A stretch of DNA of 63,290 nt, counting the filler, from Octopus bimaculoides (taxonomy: Eukaryota), in the NCBI RefSeq assembly GCF_001194135.2. It is 6 parts of 6 records of this genome, joined end to end, with 100 filler letters (N's around TTAATTAATTAA, not from the genome) between each part and the next. Parts side by side here need not be neighbours in the genome. Positions count along the whole stretch, not along the records: positions 26,125 to 46,086 come from NC_068991.1; 5 more parts are not named here. One strand, given 5' to 3'. Positions 28,535 to 41,560 of this stretch are shown here, one piece after another. Both the position numbers and the translations under genes were made by a program. The notes beneath the pieces are model-generated. The model searched no databases. It saw only the letters and a list, made by a program, of their open reading frames with translations, and was not told where the DNA came from. Positions within the stretch are counted from its first letter, which is position 1, and every line of letters begins with the position of its first letter.

Positions 28535-28619
28535 NNNNNNNNNNNNNNNNNNNNNNNNNNNNNNNNNNNNNNNNNNNNNNNNNNNNNNNNNNNNNNNNNN
28601 NNNNNNNNNNNNNNNNNNN

Positions 28620-28663
<44 letters not shown>

Positions 28664-29332
28664 AGTCATACTGGTGTCTGTATCAATTACTTTACATAAA
28701 CTGAATTTATTTTAATAAAACCCAATCACTTATCTTTCCATGCTCTTAAATACACAAACTGCATTTCCTATATTTCTGGCATTTCTTTCTTTCTTTCTTT
28801 CTTCCTTTCTCTCTTTCTTTCTTTTCTTCTTCCCTTCTTTCTATTTTTCTGTTCTCTTTTCGTTTCTTTTTCTATACTCGTCTCTTTTTGCAACAACCGT
28901 GTCCTTTCCCCTCTCCACTCTTTAAACATTTAACACCAACATAACTAAAGTACCCATTTACACGCATATACACACACACATAAACACTCACTCACATGTT
29001 TTTAAACAGAAAGTTAAAACCGACACATGGACATATGCACGCATGCTCTCTCTCTCTCTCACACATACACACACACACACAATTACACATCTCCCACACA
29101 CGCGCAAACACGCACGCATGTTCTACGCATAAATAAACTTACCTCTCTACCTCCTCATTGCACTTATTTCTTCGTTTTCGTTATGTATCCACTGCTTCCA
29201 TTTCAGTGTTTAACAGTTACGATAGCCTTTCTAGAGAGATATGAAATTGCAGTACATCTGCTTCGACTTACATTCCGTAGAGCCTTTAAAGTGAAAATAA
29301 TAATGACAACAAACTGCATCCTTTCAAGATGT

Positions 29333-29472
29333 GGGCGCAGGTGTGGCTGTGTGGACAGTAGCTACCATACCAACCACATGGTTCCGGGTTCAGTCCCACT
29401 GGGTGGCACCTTAAGTAAGTGTCTTCTACTATAACCTCAAACCGACCAAACCCTTGTGAGTGGATCTCGGTA
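29333..29472 (+). mobile_element. SINE family A head, fused to the RTE fragment
   Basis: GGCGCAGGTGTGGCTGTGTGG...GGTTCCGGGTTCAGTCCCACTG...GTGAGTGGATCTCGGTA. Confidence 0.8.
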
Positions 29473-29783
29473 TAAAAGGATAGGTTATAGGTGACGGTAG
29501 AGCTAAGATAGGTAAACTTCTCCACCTCCTGTAGTCTGTGGTCTCCAATATGTATGTTTGGGATGTCCGATGTCGCCTGACCCATGATGTTGGTCTCCTT
29601 GAGGCTGATATCTAAGCCAAAATCTCTACATGCTCGTTCAAAGCATCTGATGAGCCTTTGCAGGGCTTCTTCTGAGTGTGATATCAGAGCAGCAGCATCA
29701 GCTAAGAGCATCTTCTTGATCAGGACGCTTCTGATTTTGGTCTTGGCATGCAGACGCGCGAGATTGAACAGTTTCCCGTCACT
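29463..29783 (-). mobile_element. RTE-clade (BovB-like) LINE reverse-transcriptase fragment, dead
   Basis: Translates SDGKLFNLARLHAKTKIRSVLIKKMLLADAAALISHSEEALQRLIRCFERACRDFGLDISLKETNIMGQ...VEKFTYLSSTVTYNLS, matching RTE RT motifs. The catalytic FADD is degraded to LADA. Confidence 0.9.
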
Positions 29784-30522
29784 TATGTGTGTGTGTGTGT
29801 GTNNNNNNNNNNNNNNNNNNNNNNNNNNNNNNNNNNNNNNNNNNNNNNNNNNNNNNNNNNNNNNNNNNNNNNNNNNNNNNNNNNNNNNNNNNNNNNNNNN
29901 NNNNNNNNNNNNNNNNNNNNNNNNNNNNNNNNNNNNNNNNNNNNNNNNNNNNNNNNNNNNNNNNNNNNNNNNNNNNNNNNNNNNNNNNNNNNNNNNNNNN
30001 NNNNNNNNNNNNNNNNNNNNNNNNNNNNNNNNNNNNNNNNNNNNNNNNNNNNNNNNNNNNNNNNNNNNNNNNNNNNNNNNTGTGTATAAATTTAATATTT
30101 TAATGCACTGTAAGAAAACATTTCTCTTTCATGTTGTAATCGTATTATTCATTAGGAAAAATCGCGTCTGAAACAGTTGTAGTGAAGCATAACCTATTTG
30201 TGCCCTTCCTGCACGTAAACGTCACGCATCACGCTAGGAAACCTTTCCAACGAAAGATCTGGAACTCACGGTGGATTGTGAAACTGCATGCTGGCGTGCA
30301 TAGATATATCAATTCATGATAGTGATATTTATATAGATGTGTTCACATATATTCAAGCGTTTTGGACATGTCCGCATATGCATGACTATTCGCAAAGGGT
30401 TTGCACACCGTACATACACGGCTATGCGAATCTCGCCCCTGACTCGATGTCCTGATTATTAAAATACATTGATTCAATGAATCCTACCAATAATGATATG
30501 TATAATGATATATATATGAATG

Positions 30523-30757
30523 CGCATAGCCTAGTGGTTAGATTGATGCACTCACGATCGCTAGATTGTGGGTTCGATTGCCTGATTGGGCGGTGCGTTG
30601 CGTTCTTGAGCAGATCACTTCGTTTCGCGTTGCTCTAGTCCGCCCTTTCAATCAGTGGATTAAGGTTGGCCTGCTCGCCTAGCCAGGCTAAACCAATGCA
30701 AAGGCATTGTGACTAGCGATGTGTAAAAACATGGTGGCCTGGTCGATCACCTGATTG

Positions 30758-30760
<3 letters not shown>
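30523..30760 (+). mobile_element. tRNA-derived SINE family D
   Basis: GCGCATAGCCTAGTGGTTAG (A box)...GGGTTCGATTGCC (B box)...GTTCTTGAGCAG. A homologous minus-strand copy lies at ~24870-25110. Confidence 0.7.
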
Positions 30761-30812
<52 letters not shown>

Positions 30813-31049
30813 TGATCAATGGTAGATATGTCGATTTATTGTACAGAGAAGAGCGAATAGAGATAGCATTTCGAAAGTTATATTCCTGAAGTGAAAATGT
30901 TTTGTACAACTCGTAAGCTTTATATGACAGAGTATTTGTATTTATTTTAAAATTTGTCAAGATAGGAATCCTTGTATTGTATTTTTATTTCCTTCGTGAT
31001 CATTCTTGTTAAGCAAAAAGCAGAAATTGTTATAAAACTTTTATTAATT

Positions 31050-32985
31050 TCATACTACTAAGTTTTAATACATTAAAGCATGTAGAGGCCCGAATTCTTA
31101 TATCGGACTCGGGGTGATCTGTTTTTAAGCATTCTACTGGAAAACAAAGTTGCTTATATGCCACCCAATACGGTATCTTGTACTACATTATCTTAGCAGT
31201 TCTTCGTGGTTTCCTTCATTTCCCTTTAAGTTTGCCCAAGTATATCGTAGCCAGCTCATTAGCACATATTGGATCCGAATACGTAACACGCGTATATATT
31301 TTGTATTTTGCCTTCGTTTGAAAATTACCTGTTATTGACCACTGTATCGAGGTACCTACTCGTAATATCTGAAAATACATTCAGCTTTAGTAAGGACAGG
31401 ATAGAAACCAAATGAGAAGTTCCAGTATTTCTTTGCTAACGCCATAATATTTCCCTTTATGTTAGCTGTGTAATTCTTTTACTTTATTATTTTATATTAC
31501 CACTTCGTATAGACCAATGAGTCGAGCTGCCCACTTGTCATCTTTGTACATACATTTTGTCTAAACAAGGAGTAAACAGCTGCAAATGAAACATTTACGT
31601 TATTTCTTTACGTTAAATGTATAATTCATTTATTTATCTTAACTGTATAATATTTCAGCATTACAATTCTGTATTTATCAGTTTCAGAAGCTAAACATTG
31701 ATGTTACATAACTAAAATAAAAACTTAGGTTTCACTTTTTACTTAATAGATTTTGAGCTATTATTGAGTTGCAATCCAGTTCTTGCAGAATGCCGATCAT
31801 AAGGAAAATGTTTCCTTCAGATTTCCCCTTCTTCATTTCTTTAAACTGCCTCGATGTTTCACATAGGTTTCTAGTATTGTTTTTATTTTACACTCTTCCG
31901 GATTTGTCTTACCAAAACCCGTTTTTTTTCCTTATAAGGGCATTTTAGTTTACGCTTTGCTTTCTCTCTTATTTATGCACTCTTATATTGAAAGGACTTT
32001 CTTCCTTTCTACCTTAACTATAGAAATCAGTTATGGTCCTTTTTATCATGTTCATAAATAAGGCAACCTATGCTTCAAGAATATTTTCTGTCTGAAATAA
32101 GTAGAAAATTATCAAAGAGCATACATCAATTATTGAATATGTCGAAATTCATCTAAATTGCTATTAAAATACTATGATAAAATTAAGTTTCAAAACACAA
32201 AACTTAGAGCGGCCATTATTTTTTGAACAACCTCACATACACACACACACACACACACACATACACACACACACACACACACCACACATATACAGAGAGA
32301 GAAAGAAAAGAAGGAATTTCGATTATCTCCACGTGGTGAGTTGTAATATGTTGTGGACAACACTTTATTGGACAGAAGAGTATGACTTTCAGACGGAGAA
32401 CCACTCTACACAAAGAGCAGATCCGGCTCCCTCAATACAGAAAAATCCATTTAAGTGAACACAGAGAAATGAGAAGGTAATATCAAACCAAATTTCACAG
32501 TCTTCCCTTCCTACGTGTGCAAAGATACAATTTCTCTACAAGAACGTTTAAATAAAGAAACTTTTTTTTCATCTAAAAATACAGAACGGGTCTAAACATG
32601 CACGCATAACTAACATAGATCTCTTTACATATTTTAATTCACGATTATATCACTGTAAATATATCTCCCCACTAAACTAGTTTTCGAATTTTTGTGTATA
32701 TATATATTCCCCCCTTTCCGAAAGCTGAACAGTTATCTCCCCTTCCCAAAATAATAACAATAATAATAACCAATTACCTCTCCTTAGTTTTCTACTCGGT
32801 GAATCATTCACTCATAAATTGCACACATAACATAAACCAAAAACAAAAAAATTCTTCTTCAGAAGATACGTATTTAAATCAATAAATCTTAACATCATGA
32901 ATAGCGAAAGCGAAACCGGTCGATATATTAAAAATTATATTAAAACTATGTAAAGTGTGTGCATTTCCTTCTTTTATTCCTTTAT

Positions 32986-33080
<95 letters not shown>

Positions 33081-33094
33081 TGTGTATATGTGTT

Positions 33095-33133
<39 letters not shown>

Positions 33134-34560
33134 ATATATGCATATGTTCTGCTCTTTACAGAATAGAAAATCGGAGTATTTGAATAGATTCAGTGCAGCA
33201 CTCAACCTGAGCTCGAGGCTCTGTCTTATAATTGATATAATAAATATTATATACATACATACATACATACACACATATATACATATGTGTGTATGTATGT
33301 ATGTTTGTGTGTGCGCGCGCATACGTGTGTGTTTTTTGCTATTTGTAACAGACTTCTATCTTTTCGTGTTTATTATAAGTAAATACTTTCTATGTCGGCT
33401 CTGTCATAGTTGGCTCGGAGCTCGTTATTTTTCTGTCTTCTTTCCATCTAAGCTCTCTAGCCTAATTTAATTCCAATGTATTAAATTGAAGGTACAGTTC
33501 ATTTCTATGGCTTCTAACAGATTTATACTCATTTTCATATTTTAACGCTTAATTCAGTTTTAATATTGCAATACCTCGTGTGTTTCGCAGAAGCTCATTT
33601 GTTAAAGCAAGGCACTCTAATTTGTCGCTTCAAGTGAAAACTTGATGCTCCTTCGTTGTAATATGTTTCTAATATATTTCTTCGTTGCTTAATATTGTAT
33701 CCTATCAATTTAAGCTACCTCTGCATAGGCATAATACGGGTGATTTCCTTCAAATCTTCTGATTTCAGTGAGTAAATCCAACCTAATCTGCTGACTTCAA
33801 TTAATTATCTTCTTCCCAGAGAAGCTTTGGAATATCTCTGATTTCATATTCCTTTTGATTTCGCAGCTAACTCGACACACAATGTTTTATAGATTCTCCA
33901 GCTGGGTTTTATCTCTTTTACATTGTTATAATTCATTCATATAGCGGAAAGAGTTTATAGTCTATCCATAATGCTTATAGTAATTAGTGGCTGGATTGAG
34001 CTACAGTAGAGTAATGGGGGTAAAGAGATTCCTTCATAAATCCCTCTTATGATCTTTATTATTTTCCCTATATCTTGAAGTTATTACAAACGTTATATCT
34101 TCATTTTTCATATATTTAGCATTGGAGTTGCTATGCTTACTTACAGTGTCTCAAATATACAAAAGTATGCACTGAGGAAAGCTTTCTGGTTATCAATCCG
34201 TACCATAGTTGGATCCTGTTCCGCTTTTCTTTTCCGCTAAACATAGCTGTCAGAATATTATATATTATTGATAAATAGGTTAACGGCCAGAACTTTTTTT
34301 AAGGTACTTGTAGTTTAATGTCTGATGGAAGAGCAATATTACTCTCCTTTCAACATCCATTCGGTTATTGATTCTAGTGTTATTAGTGACTTATTCAATA
34401 TTGTTACTACACAGGTATGAGAAAATTTTAGATATTACTGCCAGAAATTAAGTACTTTATCAATTTAGAATACCATCCAGTTGCTAACGCTTTTTATTAC
34501 ATTGGTAAATGCATTTCTAATTCTGTACAGCTGTATTTATGGTTTTATAATTATTTTTCT
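31050..34560 (-). mobile_element. Highly decayed Dong/R4-like LINE (RT region and downstream), interrupted by microsatellites and a Penelope fragment
   Basis: Colinear degenerate RT motifs on the minus strand: MVRIDNQKAFLSA (~34170-34210; cf. WIDYKKAFDSV), IIRGIYEGISL/SPLLYC (~34000-34050; cf. RGIFQGDSLSPLLFC), RYMNEL (~33930-33950; cf. YMDDL), RRGNLKET (~31810; cf. KGNLKKETE). Outer boundaries are approximate. Confidence 0.6.
32313..32935 (+). mobile_element. Penelope-like element 3' fragment: GIY-YIG endonuclease relic plus decayed pLTR
   Basis: LHVVSCN/CGQHFIGQKSMTFRRRTTLHKEQIRLPQYRKIHLSEH...KPNFTVFPSYVCKDTISLQERLNKETFF matches the PLE GIY-YIG C-terminus. A hammerhead-like remnant lies at 32894-32924. 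Confidence 0.75.
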
Positions 34561-35391
34561 TTTCCTTTTTATTATTTCTTTATTTATCCATTAATAATAT
34601 TTATTGTGAACCATATTTTAACACCATAAACTCTTCTTAGTCAATCGTTCCACGGTGAAGGATATTTTGATTGAAGTCCTATTTTATAATCAGTTTTATT
34701 ATTAATTCTACTATTTTTTATATTTTGTCTTGTTTGTTTCAGTCATTGGGCTGCGTCCATGTCGTGACACCGACCCAAGTACTTATATTTTTTTTAATCT
34801 CTGACACTTAATATATAGTTCTCTTTTAACGAACCGTTAAGTAACACGGTCATAAATAAAACAATGAGGGAGGGTGACAGACACACATACATTACACATA
34901 TAAACATACAGATATATATTTATATATAAATATATACATATATACATACATTCCCACTCAAACACACACACGCCCCCTCCCCCATTTATTTAAATAAAAA
35001 TAAATATATAAAGAACACAAGTAGAGTTCGAAATTCACAAACAGCTGTTGTTTCGGCATCATTTTATTGATGCATTCTCAGGTTACATAATCGAAAAACT
35101 CCGCCAACTTTTAAACATGGAAACAGGTAAGGCACAAATAGAGGTGAATAATTCATCAGAACTCATGGTAGAACAAGTGAAATGTGTTTAAAATTTACGT
35201 GAAATGACAGGCTTCTACCATGATGTAATCTTAGAATTTTTCAATAGGATGCTGCCGAAACAGCTATGGCGGCTTTCGAACCTCATGTTGTTTTTCATAC
35301 ACTCTCTACACTTGGAACAATCTCTGGGTTGAACTTACAGTTAATAATGGATTTGGTACATATGTATGTATGAAGACATTATATACATACA

Positions 35392-35423
<32 letters not shown>

Positions 35424-36692
35424 CATATACATATATATATATATATNNNNNNNNNNNNNNNNNNNNNNNNNNNNNNNNNNNNNNNNNNNNNNNNNNNNNN
35501 NNNNNNNNNNNNNNNNNNNNNNNNNNNNNNNNNNNNNNNNNNNNNNNNNNNNNNNNNNNNNNNNNNNNNNNNNNNNNNNNNNNNNNNNNNNNNNNNNNNN
35601 NNNNNNNNNNNNNNNNNNNNNNNNNNNNNNNNNNNNNNNNNNNNNNNNNNNNNNNNNNNNNNNNNNNNNNNNNNNNNNNNNNNNNNNNNNNNNNNNNNNN
35701 NNNNNNNNNNNNNNNNNNNNNNNNNNNNNNNNNNNNNNNNNNNNNNNNNNNNNNNNNNNNNNNNNNNNNNNNNNNNNNNNNNNNNNNNNNNNNNNNNNNN
35801 NNNNNNNNNNNNNNNNNNNNNNNNNNNNNNNNNNNNNNNNNNNNNNNNNNNNNNNNNNNNNNNNNNNNNNNNNNNNNNNNNNNNNNNNNNNNNNNNNNNN
35901 NNNNNNNNNNNNNNNNNNNNNNNNNNNNNNNNNNNNNNNNNNNNNNNNNNNNNNNNNNNNNNNNNNNNNNNNNNNNNNNNNNNNNNNNNNNNNNNNNNNN
36001 NNNNNNNNNNNNNNNNNNNNNNNNNNNNNNNNNNNNNNNNNNNNNNNNNNNNNNNNNNNNNNNNNNNNNNNNNNTATATATACAGGTTAGTTCTATCGGG
36101 CTTCTTTTAATTTGCGTGTACCAAATCCACTCACGAAGCTTTAGTACGCCCACGGTTATATATGTTGAAGACGCCATTTATGATTTTCTTAACGTTCTAA
36201 CGGGCATACATTTGCGCCCAGCTGAGCTGTACTAATTTATATTTCACTTTCAGAGGAATTACTTCTCTCTTTGTTTCTCCATACTGCCTTTTCCTGATAT
36301 CATTTTTTATTTTCTCTTGATATTAAGCCCAGTGCTTTTTATTGTACTACGTGAAAGGACAGCTCTTTTCTGTTTATGCTAATCGTTCATTGTCTCTTTT
36401 TATTCATAGTGTTAGGTGATAAGTCACATACTCCATTAAGGTGGAAACCAGTTTCCAACGATACATCCGCAGATGTTAAATAAAGGAGATTACTTAACGC
36501 ATTGATTATCGCCTTTGTTTCCAACTAATTTTATTGTAGATTACCGTGGTGTAATCTGATTGATGTTCCCTTAATTTCTTTGTTCATCGTTTGTGATAAA
36601 TCATGTTTTCATTAAGCATTAACTTATTACATTGTAATAAACAAGCTTCGTTCTTTCTATTTTGATCACCACCACCACCACCACCATCACCG

Positions 36693-36729
<37 letters not shown>

Positions 36730-36789
36730 TATCATCATCGTCGTCGTCGTCGTCGTCATCGTTATCGTCGTCCTCATCAATATTATCAT

Positions 36790-37330
36790 TATGTGAGAGA
36801 GCAGTGCATGCCATCAAAGTGACACTGGGGTAAAATATACGAAGCCCAATATACCCTTCATGACAACCCATCTGATAAGGGTACACCAGGCACATGCATC
36901 ACAACCATATGTGCGCGACATGGTGATCTCATAACAAGATAAACAGCGCATGACCTCGCAAGTGGGGCCCAGTTAGAATTTTCTTCATGTCGAGTAGCCC
37001 ATCCCGCTCAAAAGGTCCCTGAATAAGGTTTGTTTAAGGATGTTGAGCAAAATACCCATGTTTCCAAAGGTGAATTATTCAAACCCCAAAGAATTCCTCT
37101 CAACACATGGCTATGATGCTCCCCCACTACTTCTGCTCATGATCAGAGATGCACATATCGTCAGCCACCAAGGGACATGCTCAACTGGTTAAGGTCAAAC
37201 AACTGACAAGCAAATCTGTGGTATTAAGCAGAATATTTGCTGTAGCCCATCTTTTATACCAAGACAAAACAATGTACATGATAACACTTCCAATCAATTA
37301 AGATCAGAAGCCATGAGAGCCACTGCCTGG
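36790..37330 (-). mobile_element. ~540-bp non-coding retroposon (SINE/non-autonomous LINE-like) with (GAT)n tail
   Basis: Repeated in tandem at 37350-37710. On the minus strand it ends in CTCTCTCAC followed by a long (GAT)n tract (36670-36790), a tail type typical of RTE-mobilised elements. Confidence 0.7.
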
Positions 37331-37332
37331 TA

Positions 37333-37710
37333 ATCATCATTATCATCATTGAGTGAGAGAGCAGCGCATGGCATCAAAGTAACACTGGGGTACAAGTATA
37401 CGAAGCCCAATACACCCATCATGACTACCCGTCTGATAAGAGTACACTAGGCACATGCATCACAACCACATGTGTACGACATGATGATCACACATCGAGA
37501 TAATTAGCGCATGACTTTGCAGATGGAGTTCAGTTAGAATCTTCTTCACGTCGAGCAGTACATTCTGATCAAAAGGTTTATGAATAAGGGTTACCTAAGG
37601 ATGTCGAATGAAACACCTATGTTTCCATAGGGGAAATATTCAAACCCCAAAGTATTCTTCTCTAGACAGTTATGATGCTCCCCGACTACTTCTGCTCGTG
37701 ATCAGATATG
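37333..37710 (-). mobile_element. Older, truncated tandem copy of the same ~540-bp retroposon
   Basis: GTGAGAGAGCAGCGCATGGCATCAAAGTAACACTGGGG... parallels 36793 onward with more substitutions; has its own short (TCA)n tail. Confidence 0.7.
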
Positions 37711-39289
37711 TATTTTTAAAAAATTAATAAATGAATAAATTCATGAATGGACGTTGTTTTCACAGCGATAATGCTCTTCTCAGTACATGAATCGTATCAG
37801 TTTACACGATTTTTTAAACTTCCTGTAGAGATGGTAAACCTGGTATCATCTTCAAATAGGTTTCAGTACCTTATTTTATCATTCCTAGAGATCCTACAAT
37901 CACTGTTATTATTATTATTATTATTATTGTTATTATTATTATTATTATTGATGCGGTGGATTGGCAGACTCGTTAGAGCGTCGGTTGAAATGTCTTGCGG
38001 TATTTCTCTAAGCATTTTTTATGTGTTGAATTCAAATCTTGCTGTCGTCGACTTTTCCTCTCTTCCCTCTGGGGTCGATAAAGTTAAGTGCCAGTCAAGT
38101 ACTGGGGTCGGTATTATCGATTAAGTTTCACCACAAAATTGTTGGCCTTGCGCTTAAATTAGAAACTCGTTTTACTAATTACTATTATTAAGGCTGCACG
38201 GTAGCAGAATCGTTAGAGCTTGTCTTTCATCCCTCCGGGTTGATAAAATAAAGTACTATCCACTACCACCACCACGACCACCACCAGCACTACTGTGCAC
38301 ACGCACTAAAATTGTTGTCCCTGAGCCAAAATTTGGAATTATTATTATTACTATTGTTGTTATTGTCGATATTATTATTATTTAGATTTTCAGCGAGTTT
38401 GACGTGTTATTTCGTCTCTCAATCTTGACTAGTCTTTGAATTTGTTTTGCTAAGGATTTTCATAAATGAGATGTTATTTTTCATGTGCAGAGCGCCTGTT
38501 TACAAAACTAATGAGTTTTTATTCAATTAATTTTCACTCCAGTTTTTTTTTGTTTTTTTTTTAAAGGAATTCTATTGAACATTTTATTTTCTTTTGGTTC
38601 AACTTCGACGACATTGTATGTTAACTATTTCACCGTTTATTTGGCTTCATGTTTTTTTTTATATATATAATGCACTGAATCAATATTTTTTTACATTTAT
38701 AACTATTTCACAAGGCAAGTTAATTTTATTAAATTGCCATTCACAAAAAAAGAATAATAATAATAATAATAATAATGATAACAACAACAACAACAACAAC
38801 AAAAGCAACAATAATAATAATAAATTCATTTGAACTTTATTTGAACATTATAGTCTGTTCTTTTGCCTCGGTATAATTCATAATGGTGTCAAGTGAATTG
38901 AGTAATACTAACAAAAAATAACAAAAGAATAAAAGAAAACAAGTATTGAAAAGAACACAGCGGGAAAACAAACAAACAAACAAGCTTTGTAGCCAGACAT
39001 ACACTTTGCAGACACAGGAAGCATTAATTTAGGTTTTTCTGATTGTCTGTTTAACGATAACGACCCCAACAACAAAACCACGTACACATAGTCATCAATG
39101 TTGCCCAGCAAGAAATACCCATACAGAAGCATTTCTGCTACTTCTACCTCTTTTTCCCGGATTGCTTCTAGATTTTAATTATCAAATATATAAGAAACAC
39201 GATCCTATTGATAACAAGAGTAAAATTATGTTCTTAAATACACCATGGCCTACTCAAAACTTCATTCAGCAGCGTGTAATACAAATTAC

Positions 39290-39500
39290 GAAGGAATATG
39301 GCGGCCTAACTCTTCTTTGAATAAATCTGCTACTAAAAGCCATTGAATATTTGAATCAATATATGACACAGAGAGAAGGGTAAAGCCAACGATGCTATCT
39401 GCCTGATATTCAGGATCTGGGTCAAAGCTCAAAAGCTTGTGTCCCGGGATACGAGACTGCGCCAGTGGAGGGGTAACAGTGAAGAGCATATGATTTCTAA
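39290..39500 (-). CDS. Candidate coding exon (unidentified)
   Basis: CTGCAG| acceptor (weak pyrimidine tract); 211-nt open frame RNHMLFTVTPPLAQSRIPGHKLLSFDPDPEYQADSIVGFTLLSVSYIDSNIQWLLVADLFKEELGRHIP; C|GTAATT donor; non-repetitive sequence. Confidence 0.3.
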
Positions 39501-39739
39501 CTGCAGTACATATTGTTTATAAAGGAGGCTACAAGTTAGAAGCCAATACACCACTTGATCCCTAAATCTTTGTCACATATGTAAAGCAATATGGACAAGG
39601 AATGAAGAATTATAAATTACACTCACCCATTTATATATATACATATATCATAAATTACACATACACATACATACATATATAAATATATACTTATAATATA
39701 TACGTATGTACATATACATGTATATGTTTATATATGTAC

Positions 39740-39783
<44 letters not shown>

Positions 39784-39864
39784 ATAAACAGGAATATACA
39801 TTCATACATACATACATACATACATACATACATACATACATACATACATACATCGGAAACAGTA

Positions 39865-40510
39865 GCCTTTCCTAGATGTACGATAAATCCTGACTACATC
39901 TTTGCAATCCACGTACAGGGGTTAACTATTAAAATACTCAGTCAAAGAAGGCGATAATAGTGTTCTAATCCTCAACGTTGTGTGAGAAAATGTGGAGTGT
40001 GTGTGGGAGATGTCACCCAAAACGTACGCACGTTATTACCATCTCACGCGACATAACATTGTCACTAAGACCCTCTCCATTGCTAATGGACATACCAAAG
40101 CCTCCATAGAAGCTGAAAGTATCTGCACTTTTCAAGATAACGAATGCTGGTGTGACATTTCATTAAAACACCGCAATAAGCAAGATATTGTTGTATGGGA
40201 CAGGGAGAAAAATTCATTTATTGTTTTAGATATGAAACCTCGTAAAAATCTGGGGGGAAAAATAACTTTTATGGAGGAATATGAGAAAACTACAGCTTTT
40301 ATATCCAAGTAATATACTTCGTTTGTACCTATTATCGTCGGTGAACTGGCCTATGTAACAACAGACAGTCACAACAGAGCAGAGTAGATTGCTTTGTATT
40401 CGCCAAATGCAATTGATTAGAGTTAAGAGAAAACTTATAGAGCATTCTTGAGTTTGTTCATTGCAGGTTTCTGGTCGGACACATGCACTCGGTAAAATTT
40501 CCATATGGGA
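39865..40510 (+). mobile_element. Dong/R4-like RLE-LINE 3' fragment (zinc knuckle + restriction-like endonuclease)
   Basis: Decayed CVRKCGVCVGDVT / SPKTYARYYHLTRHNIVTK (CCHC + RHD-like), HRNKQDIVVWDREKNSFIVLD (PD..D nuclease-like) and FVPIIVGELAYVT-like C-terminal motif; frameshifted. Confidence 0.75.
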
Positions 40511-40559
40511 TACACATACGCACACATTTAAACAGTCATAGTATGTAGCATTATAGAGG

Positions 40560-40850
40560 TCAGCTGTCTTGCTGATATGAATATCTCTTTGAAAATCAAG
40601 AAAAAAAAAGTGGATAACTATGGAGAACTGCTTCAAAATCTCAAGTTTCTATATCCAGTTTATAAATTTACATTTATACTAATAATAATTGGTGCGCTTC
40701 GATTTGTGATTAAACGTACAACTAACAGTCTGGATGAGCTTAGATTTTCAGAAGAAAAAGCACCCAACTAACTCTCACATTACAGATACAATCTGTAAGC
40801 GGAAGAGTAAAAATATGCAAGACTTTCCTGAAGTATAAAACTGTAACATT
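40560..40850 (+). mobile_element. Second Dong/R4-like LINE 3'-terminal fragment in tandem
   Basis: ADMNISLKIKKKKVDNYGELLQNLKFLYPVYKFTFILIIIGAL... and QSVSGRVKICKTFLKY; same C-terminal region as the end of 39865-40510. Confidence 0.7.
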
Positions 40851-41511
40851 ACGTTCGTTATTTACATTCCAACGATATAGCTTTGTACATTTGTTAGAAA
40901 TCGGCACATTCCTGAACGGAAAAATTTAAATAATTAAAAGCAGAAGAGCACATACATAAATTAGTAGGTACTTAATATATATATATATATATATATATAT
41001 ANNNNNNNNNNNNNNNNNNNNNNNNNNNNNNNNNNNNNNNNNNNNNNNNNNNNNNNNNNNNNNNNNNNNNNNNNNNNNNNNNNNNNNNNNNNNNNNNNNN
41101 NNNNNNNNNNNNNNNNNNNNNNNNNNNNNNNNNNNNNNNNNNNNNNNNNNNNNNNNNNNNNNNNNNNNNNNNNNNNNNNNNNNNNNNNNNNNNNNNNNNN
41201 NNNNNNNNNNNNNNNNNNNNNNNNNNNNNNNNNNNNNNNNNNNNNNNNNNNNNNNNNNNNNNNNNNNNNNNNNNNNNNNNNNNNNNNNNNNNNNNNNNNN
41301 NNNNNNNNNNNNNNNNNNNNNNNNNNNNNNNNNNNNNNNNNNNNNNNNNNNNNNNNNNNNNNNNNNNNNNNNNNNNNNNNNNNNNNNNNNNNNNNNNNNN
41401 NNNNNNNNNNNNNNNNNNNNNNNNNNNNNNNNNNNNNNNNNNNNNNNNNNNNNNNNNNNNNNNNNNNNNNNNNNNNNNNNNNNNNNNNNNNNNNNNNNNN
41501 NNNNNNNNNNN

Positions 41512-41560
<49 letters not shown>

